NCBI GenBank assembly: GCA_964611295.1 | Contig: CAZSWV010000006.1 | Location: forward strand, 7,571-71,570 | From: an uncultured Thermodesulfobacteriota bacterium | GTDB taxonomy: Bacteria > Desulfobacterota > B13-G15 | Length of the DNA stretch: 64,000 nt | Direction: 5' to 3' | In this document: positions 59,187-64,000 of the stretch, in pieces | Numbering within the stretch: the stretch's first letter is position 1 | How the letters are laid out: each line of letters opens with the position of its first letter | Notes under the pieces: generated by a model | Databases searched by the model: none | Seen by the model: only the letters and a program-made list of their open reading frames with translations | Told to the model about the DNA's origin: nothing | Program-made: the position numbers and the translations under genes

Positions 59187-59693
59187 ATGGTTCTAAGGTG
59201 TCTTAAGCGGAAGCTACGAAGTAAGAAGGGTTTTACTTTAATCGAACTTATGATCGTTGTGGCTATTATAGGGATTTTGGCAGCAATAGCTATACCTACT
59301 TACATGGATTATACTGTAAGGGCCAAGGTTTCTGAAGCGGTTAGCCTTCTAGCAGGATATGCCACAGCAGCTGCCGAGTATCATAATTCATACGGTAATT
59401 TCACACGAGACATCAGCGCATTTGGAGAATCAAAAACAAGCAAATATGTAAGCAATGTTACAATTGGTGATCTTAACAAGTGTGATGTAAAGGAGCCTGA
59501 TGCTATATGCTTTGTGGCCACTTTGCAGGGTATATCAAGTGATGTCAACGGCAAGAAAATTGGTCTGGAGGTTTACTACAACTCTCAAAATGGAACATAC
59601 GATAAATGCTATGATTGGAACTTGGATAAAGTAAAATATATTCCATCCAGTGTCCGCCAGAGACAATGCCAAAATGATGACGCAGCAGGTTAA
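59187..59693 (+). CDS. type IV (major) pilin, class III signal peptide
   Basis: Leader [15 protein letters not shown], then [22 protein letters not shown] with Glu at +5. C-terminal Cys pairs are present. The gene is visibly more A/T-rich than its neighbours. Confidence 0.85.
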   Translation: MVLRCLKRKLRSKKGFTLIELMIVVAIIGILAAIAIPTYMDYTVRAKVSEAVSLLAGYATAAAEYHNSYGNFTRDISAFGESKTSKYVSNVTIGDLNKCDVKEPDAICFVATLQGISSDVNGKKIGLEVYYNSQNGTYDKCYDWNLDKVKYIPSSVRQRQCQNDDAAG

Positions 59694-59710
59694 GGGTACT
59701 GATTATCTCG

Positions 59711-60127
59711 ATGGGTAAAGGGCTTACTTTGCTGGAGGTTATGATTGTTGTAGTGATCGTAGGTATCCTTGCAGCCATTGCCATTCCTTCTTATACCCAT
59801 TATGTGAAGAGGGCCAGGAGGGCTGATGCCATGAATGCCCTCTTGGCCCTCCATGCGGCCCAGGAGTCTTACAAGGCCGAGCATGGGCGGTATGGTGACT
59901 TTGGCGAACTATCAGGTTGTTCCCCAAATATGGCGGGTGAGAACTATATGATAAGCCTTAACCTTTCTGATAACCGCACGTCTTACAACGCCACTGCCAT
60001 CCCTCAGGGCAGGCAGAAGGGCGACTACTGTCTAAGGATAGATCAGGACGGTAAGCAGTACTATGCCCCTTCTTCGGACGGAGGATGTGGAACTTTTACT
60101 GAGAAGAAGTTTTCCGAGTTAAGGTAG
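59711..60127 (+). CDS. type IV pilin-like protein (minor pilin/pseudopilin)
   Basis: MGKG, then [22 protein letters not shown] with Glu at +5. C-terminal Cys pair C...C. Confidence 0.75.
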   Translation: MGKGLTLLEVMIVVVIVGILAAIAIPSYTHYVKRARRADAMNALLALHAAQESYKAEHGRYGDFGELSGCSPNMAGENYMISLNLSDNRTSYNATAIPQGRQKGDYCLRIDQDGKQYYAPSSDGGCGTFTEKKFSELR

Positions 60128-60198
60128 TCCTCTTTAGGTTGCCTTCCTTCCCCTTTAGGTGTAACCTTAACTTAGGACCTAAAAGAGGTTGGGGAGAG

Positions 60199-61533
60199 AT
60201 GACAACAGGTGATGGCTACCAAGAAAAGGTAAGGCGTATCTATCGTTTCATAAGCGAGAACTTCTACCTGAACAGGCCTGACCTTGAGATAAAAGGGGAA
60301 AGGTACAACTCTGCCCTCCTTTTCGGGATACTCACTGCCCTTTATGGTGGCAAAGAACTGATAATAGGGGAGCCAGGCCTCGGTAAGACTACAAGCGCCG
60401 AGTACATAGGATGCTTAATTTACCGCTATCCCCTTGGGGTCATATGGGGGAGCGAAGTCTCAGGGCACCCCGAACAGACGGAGGAAAAGATCGTGGGAAG
60501 GCCTGATCTTGGGGCCTTGAACCAGGGACGAGAGGTGGTGGTCTGGAGCAACTTCGTGCAACTGCCTGTGAAGATCGTGGACGAGATAAACCGCCTGCCT
60601 GAGACCAAACAGTCCATGATCCTTGACGGGGTCGACCGCGGCAATTGGGAGTATCTCAACGAAATGATAATCAACGACGAGTACGTGCTTTTTGCCACCG
60701 CCAACTACCAAGACCGCGGGACCAATACCATAATCGCGCCCTTGGTAGACAGGTTTGACGTACTTGTCGAATCAAGACATCCAGGGCCAAACCTCGCCTT
60801 CCAGATCGGCAGGCGTTCGAAGCTGTATAACCCCCTGCGGCATCCGGAGTTCGAAAGGAAGTTCCATGAGCTTTTGAGGTCGCAGGTGCCATATGAGGAA
60901 AAGGTCCCAAGGCTTGAAGAACTATGTGAGGCCTATGGCCAGTACCTCAAAGAGAAGGTAGGCATCGAAGGCCTAAGCAAGGAGGAAAGGTTCGAAATAA
61001 GGAAGCAGATCGCCTCCATACCCCTTGACCTCGATTCGAACGCCTTCCTGAGGATGGTCCTTGCCGAATTCTCCTTCTGTCACCGTTATGGGCAGAAGAG
61101 GAGTGTCGAGCAGTGCCAGGAAGGGTGCCACTACACGGGTTATTTCTGCTACCATGTGAAAAACTGTGCCTCCAACCGCCTCCCCATCTCAGCAGTAGGG
61201 TATGCACAAGCCCTGGCCTGGTTCCTGGAGGAGGATGAGGTAGACCTCGAACACGTAAAGGCAGTCCTACCCTTTGTCTTGGCCCATAGGGTCCAGTGGA
61301 AGGACTCTTACATATCCAAGAAGGAAAGCGAGGGCAGGAACGACCCCTTACAGATATACCTTGCCAAGGAAGCCGTAGAGGAGATCTTCCACCGCTATAA
61401 CGAGCAGCGGGATTACCTCTTGGAAGCCCTGGCCGTTGCCTCTGAGGCCTTTGAGGGGCGGGAGGTGCAGCTACTGGACGGTGACCATCCCATATACGAA
61501 GAGATAAAGAAGGAGATAGCGGCCTTAAGATGA
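60199..61533 (+). CDS. MoxR-family AAA+ ATPase with a Cys/His-rich C-terminal insertion
   Basis: Walker A GEPGLGKTT and Walker B VDEINRL, with a MoxR-like sensor region. It also carries CHRYGQKRSVEQCQEGCHYTGYFCYHVKNC. The start was set to the ATG at 60199. Confidence 0.8.
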   Translation: MTTGDGYQEKVRRIYRFISENFYLNRPDLEIKGERYNSALLFGILTALYGGKELIIGEPGLGKTTSAEYIGCLIYRYPLGVIWGSEVSGHPEQTEEKIVGRPDLGALNQGREVVVWSNFVQLPVKIVDEINRLPETKQSMILDGVDRGNWEYLNEMIINDEYVLFATANYQDRGTNTIIAPLVDRFDVLVESRHPGPNLAFQIGRRSKLYNPLRHPEFERKFHELLRSQVPYEEKVPRLEELCEAYGQYLKEKVGIEGLSKEERFEIRKQIASIPLDLDSNAFLRMVLAEFSFCHRYGQKRSVEQCQEGCHYTGYFCYHVKNCASNRLPISAVGYAQALAWFLEEDEVDLEHVKAVLPFVLAHRVQWKDSYISKKESEGRNDPLQIYLAKEAVEEIFHRYNEQRDYLLEALAVASEAFEGREVQLLDGDHPIYEEIKKEIAALR

Positions 61534-62234
61534 AGAACCCTTTTGAAGAGTTCAAGAGGCATCCGAGTAAGGAGAGGTCAAAGGAGATCCCCCTTGACAG
61601 GATCCTGCGCCAGAAAGAAGAGACCTTACAGAGGATCCTTCGGGGTTATGAGAACCTTTTGAAGAACGAGGCGAAGGATTTGGTGTGGCTCATGCAGTAC
61701 AGTACGGTCATCAAGGCCTATAGCATCGCCGAAGAGGCCATAAGGGACATAGAGTACACAGCCGAAGACATAGAGGAATTTTGCTATGCCCTCGATAGGA
61801 CCGATCAGATCCCCTATCTGATCACTGGGCCTGCAGGGGTCTACATATCGGCGCTTTGTAACTACGCAAAGGAGTCCGAGATCGTCTTAAGGCTCCAGGA
61901 CCTGGGGATAAAGATAAACCTTTTGGGCTACAGGCTCCCCGAAGGGAAAAGGCTCATCGTGGAAGGGAACCTTGGGGACTTCACCGGTATAAGCCTTGAA
62001 GGGGGCGAACTGATCGTTGAAGGCAGCACCAAGAACTACACGGGTGCGGGTATGAAGAGGGGGAGGATAATAGTCAGGAACAACGCAGGGTTCAACACCG
62101 GTCATGGGATGACTGGAGGGGAAATCCTAGTAGGGGGGAGGATAAAGGGTCTCGGGAAGATCGTAGGCGGTAAGATTTACGAGAAGGACCAATTGATCTT
62201 CCCAAGTGAGGATTACAGGCCCTTCTATTTCTAG
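61530..62234 (+). CDS. GXGXG-repeat beta-helix protein (GltB domain-3 / FwdC-like)
   Basis: Tandem repeats GNLGDFTGISLEGGELIVEGSTKNYTGAGMKRGRIIVRNNAGFNTGHGMTGGEILVGGRIKG are typical of glutamate-synthase domain-3 / FwdC-like folds. Confidence 0.6.
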   Translation: MKNPFEEFKRHPSKERSKEIPLDRILRQKEETLQRILRGYENLLKNEAKDLVWLMQYSTVIKAYSIAEEAIRDIEYTAEDIEEFCYALDRTDQIPYLITGPAGVYISALCNYAKESEIVLRLQDLGIKINLLGYRLPEGKRLIVEGNLGDFTGISLEGGELIVEGSTKNYTGAGMKRGRIIVRNNAGFNTGHGMTGGEILVGGRIKGLGKIVGGKIYEKDQLIFPSEDYRPFYF

Positions 62235-62237
62235 GCC

Positions 62238-63797
62238 ATGGACAGGGAAGAACTGCTGAAAAAGATCTGGCCAAAGGTCAGGAAAAAGCACCTTTACCCG
62301 CAGTTGCCCATGCCCGAGTTTGTGGAGGGGGAAGAACTTGTCGGCCTTGAAATGAAAAGCAAAAAGCTCCAGTTGAACACCGCCTTCTTGGACCTCATGA
62401 AGGAAAAGATGGCAGAGGAAGATGTGCTTGAAGCCTTGCTAGACCACGGGATATCCCATTACATGTTCTGTCCTTGGGACTTTGAGACCCACTTGGTGCT
62501 TTACAGTGAGGCCAAAAAGGTCTTAAAGGACAAGAGGCTTGCCCAGAAGGCTGCCTCCTACTTCATGGACGTTGTGGCCAACACTTACTGCGTAAGGGAA
62601 AAGGAGACCAAGATCCCTGAACTCTACCGCAACCTCCCCAAACAAGGCATCCACAGGCTCATGGCCATGCTCTATCAGGTCATATGGGGGGTGGAGCTTG
62701 GGGTGGAGGGTGAAGACGAAAGGGTAAAACGTTTGGCGCGTATCCCTTATTTGGACAAGAGGCTTTGGAAGGAAAGCGTGAGGAAGTTCGCCAAGGCCTT
62801 AGAGGAGCTCTTACAAGAAGAGGCCCAAAACGAGCAGAAACAGAACCAGAAGATGCCCAATCCCTTGGGAGAGCATTCCCTGGAGAACTACACCTTGGAA
62901 GAGATAGACAGGGGCATAAGGAACTTCGCCACTTCGGTTGAAGACATCCAACAGTTCCGCGAGGCCATTGAGGACTTCAAAGAAGAACTAAGCGCCATGG
63001 GATACTCCACAGGCGGTATAGGCCGCGGCCGCGGTAACCCTGTGGATGCTGACCTTTTGTACTACATGAAGCTTGCCGAAAACTACACCCTCCCCATCAA
63101 GAAGTTGCCCATGCAGAAAAGCGGGGCCCTTCATCCCTATTCCCACTCGCCCTGGGAGATCGGTAAACCCACCCAGGACATTGATCCCTGGACGAGCTTT
63201 GGCAAGATCATGCCAGGACTCACCCAGACGTGGGTGAGGAGGGAAGGGGAGGTCTTTGGCGAAGCGGAGGCCATCCCCGATTGCCTCGTCATAATAGATT
63301 CTTCTGGCAGTATGACCAATCCTAGGGAAAAGCTCTCCTATGCTGTCCTTGGGGCTGCATGTGCGTGTAATGCCTATTTGAAAAACGACAGGAGGGTGGC
63401 CGTCTATAACTTCTCTGATGCCTTCAGGGGAAACAAGGTCCTCCTTGAGTTTTCAAGGGAGAAGGAGGCCATCTATCAAGCCATATGTAGGTACTTTGGC
63501 GGTGGCACGGCCCTTGACCTCAACGATATCCTGTACCTGCTTAAAAAGGCCGAAAAGCCCGATATATTCATCATAACCGACATGCAGATCACCAACCTCG
63601 AAAAGCTCATAGAGTTCTTCAACGGGATCGACAACCGGGTGACGGCGGTGCACATCGGGGAGAACATCTATGCCTCGCGTTTCCGCGAAGGGATAAAGCA
63701 GAAGAAGAACATCTCCCTGTTCATGGTCAAGGACAAGGAGGACATCCCCAAGATAGTCCTGGGGAAGGTGAGGGAATACTTCGGTTTGCCCTTCTAA
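62238..63797 (+). CDS. von Willebrand factor A (VWA) domain protein with a roughly 300-aa N-terminal domain
   Basis: MIDAS motif DCLVIIDSSGSM...T...D in the C-terminal third. Confidence 0.75.
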   Translation: MDREELLKKIWPKVRKKHLYPQLPMPEFVEGEELVGLEMKSKKLQLNTAFLDLMKEKMAEEDVLEALLDHGISHYMFCPWDFETHLVLYSEAKKVLKDKRLAQKAASYFMDVVANTYCVREKETKIPELYRNLPKQGIHRLMAMLYQVIWGVELGVEGEDERVKRLARIPYLDKRLWKESVRKFAKALEELLQEEAQNEQKQNQKMPNPLGEHSLENYTLEEIDRGIRNFATSVEDIQQFREAIEDFKEELSAMGYSTGGIGRGRGNPVDADLLYYMKLAENYTLPIKKLPMQKSGALHPYSHSPWEIGKPTQDIDPWTSFGKIMPGLTQTWVRREGEVFGEAEAIPDCLVIIDSSGSMTNPREKLSYAVLGAACACNAYLKNDRRVAVYNFSDAFRGNKVLLEFSREKEAIYQAICRYFGGGTALDLNDILYLLKKAEKPDIFIITDMQITNLEKLIEFFNGIDNRVTAVHIGENIYASRFREGIKQKKNISLFMVKDKEDIPKIVLGKVREYFGLPF

Positions 63798-63802
63798 AGA
63801 AG

Positions 63803-63831
63803 TTGACACCCCTATAGGTGGGGCTTATTTT
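63803..63831 (+). promoter_or_regulatory. candidate promoter for lon
   Basis: TTGACA at 63803-63808, a 17-nt spacer, then TATTTT at 63826-63831. Confidence 0.45.
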
Positions 63832-63863
63832 AAAGACCGAAAAAACCAAGAGGGCAGGAGGCG

Positions 63864-64000
63864 ATGATCTTCATTCCGAGGGAGAAAAAAGAAAGACGTC
63901 AGATCCCAAAGTTTCTACCCATTCTTCCCCTGCGGGGGACGGTCCTTTTCCCCGAATTGGTCCTCCCCATAATGGTGGGAAGGAAGAAATCCATAAAGTT
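63864..64000 (+). CDS. lon: Lon protease, N-terminal fragment (runs off the window)
   Basis: MIFIPREKKERRQIPKFLPILPLRGTVLFPELVLPIMVGRKKSI matches the Lon N-domain start (LPLLPLRD.V.FP.MV.PL.VGR). Confidence 0.7.
   Translation, partial: MIFIPREKKERRQIPKFLPILPLRGTVLFPELVLPIMVGRKKSIK

Noticed and set aside
60199-63797. Interpreting the MoxR/VWA genes as CoxD/CoxE-type maturation factors of the XDH-family enzyme at 38.7-43.8 kb
   Set aside because: They are 16 kb away, separated by unrelated operons on both strands. The MoxR is much larger than CoxD, and no XdhC/CoxF-like gene is present. The idea is kept only as a remote possibility.

Overview
This 64-kb window is densely coding, with about 65 genes, and looks like chromosome from a thermophilic Gram-negative-type bacterium. 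The proteins are K/E/R-rich, GC is roughly 50% by eye, and canonical GGAGG ribosome-binding sites and 4-nt start/stop overlaps are common. I cannot name the taxon from sequence alone. I found no rRNA, tRNA, CRISPR arrays, transposases or integrases.

Housekeeping genes: dksA-like, groES-groEL, ttuB-ttuA (tRNA 2-thiolation), ndk, queA, purC-like, sua5, rplM-rpsI-argC, hisH-hisF and the 5' end of lon.

Respiratory genes: an 11-subunit-type complex I operon, nuoA-B-CD(fused)-H-I-J-K, three NuoL-type antiporter-like subunits, nuoM and nuoN. It has no nuoE, nuoF or nuoG.

Accessory metabolism:
(i) Two beta-oxidation-like modules. One is hbd-crotonase-thiolase(SCP-x type)-DUF35; the other is thiolase II-crotonase. 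They sit with two paralogous benzoate-CoA-ligase-like ligases and a TRAP transporter (dctP-dctQ-dctM-dctP). The two dctP copies share a 217-bp near-identical tract.
(ii) A xanthine-dehydrogenase/4-hydroxybenzoyl-CoA-reductase-like molybdoenzyme operon (2Fe-2S, Mo and FAD subunits). Its FAD subunit is interrupted by a roughly 450-aa GltD-like NAD(P)H/Fe-S module. This operon is preceded by a VKOR-like membrane protein and sits next to a cytoplasmic bis-MGD oxidoreductase.
(iii) A translationally coupled operon: radical SAM, lipoprotein, PurN-like formyltransferase, HAD and an AI-2E transporter.
(iv) An STT3/AglB-type oligosaccharyltransferase immediately upstream of two sequon-rich type IV pilin genes.
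(v) A MoxR AAA+ / GXGXG beta-helix / VWA trio.
(vi) A LeuA/HMGL-family DRE-TIM enzyme fused to a Cache/PAS-like sensor domain.
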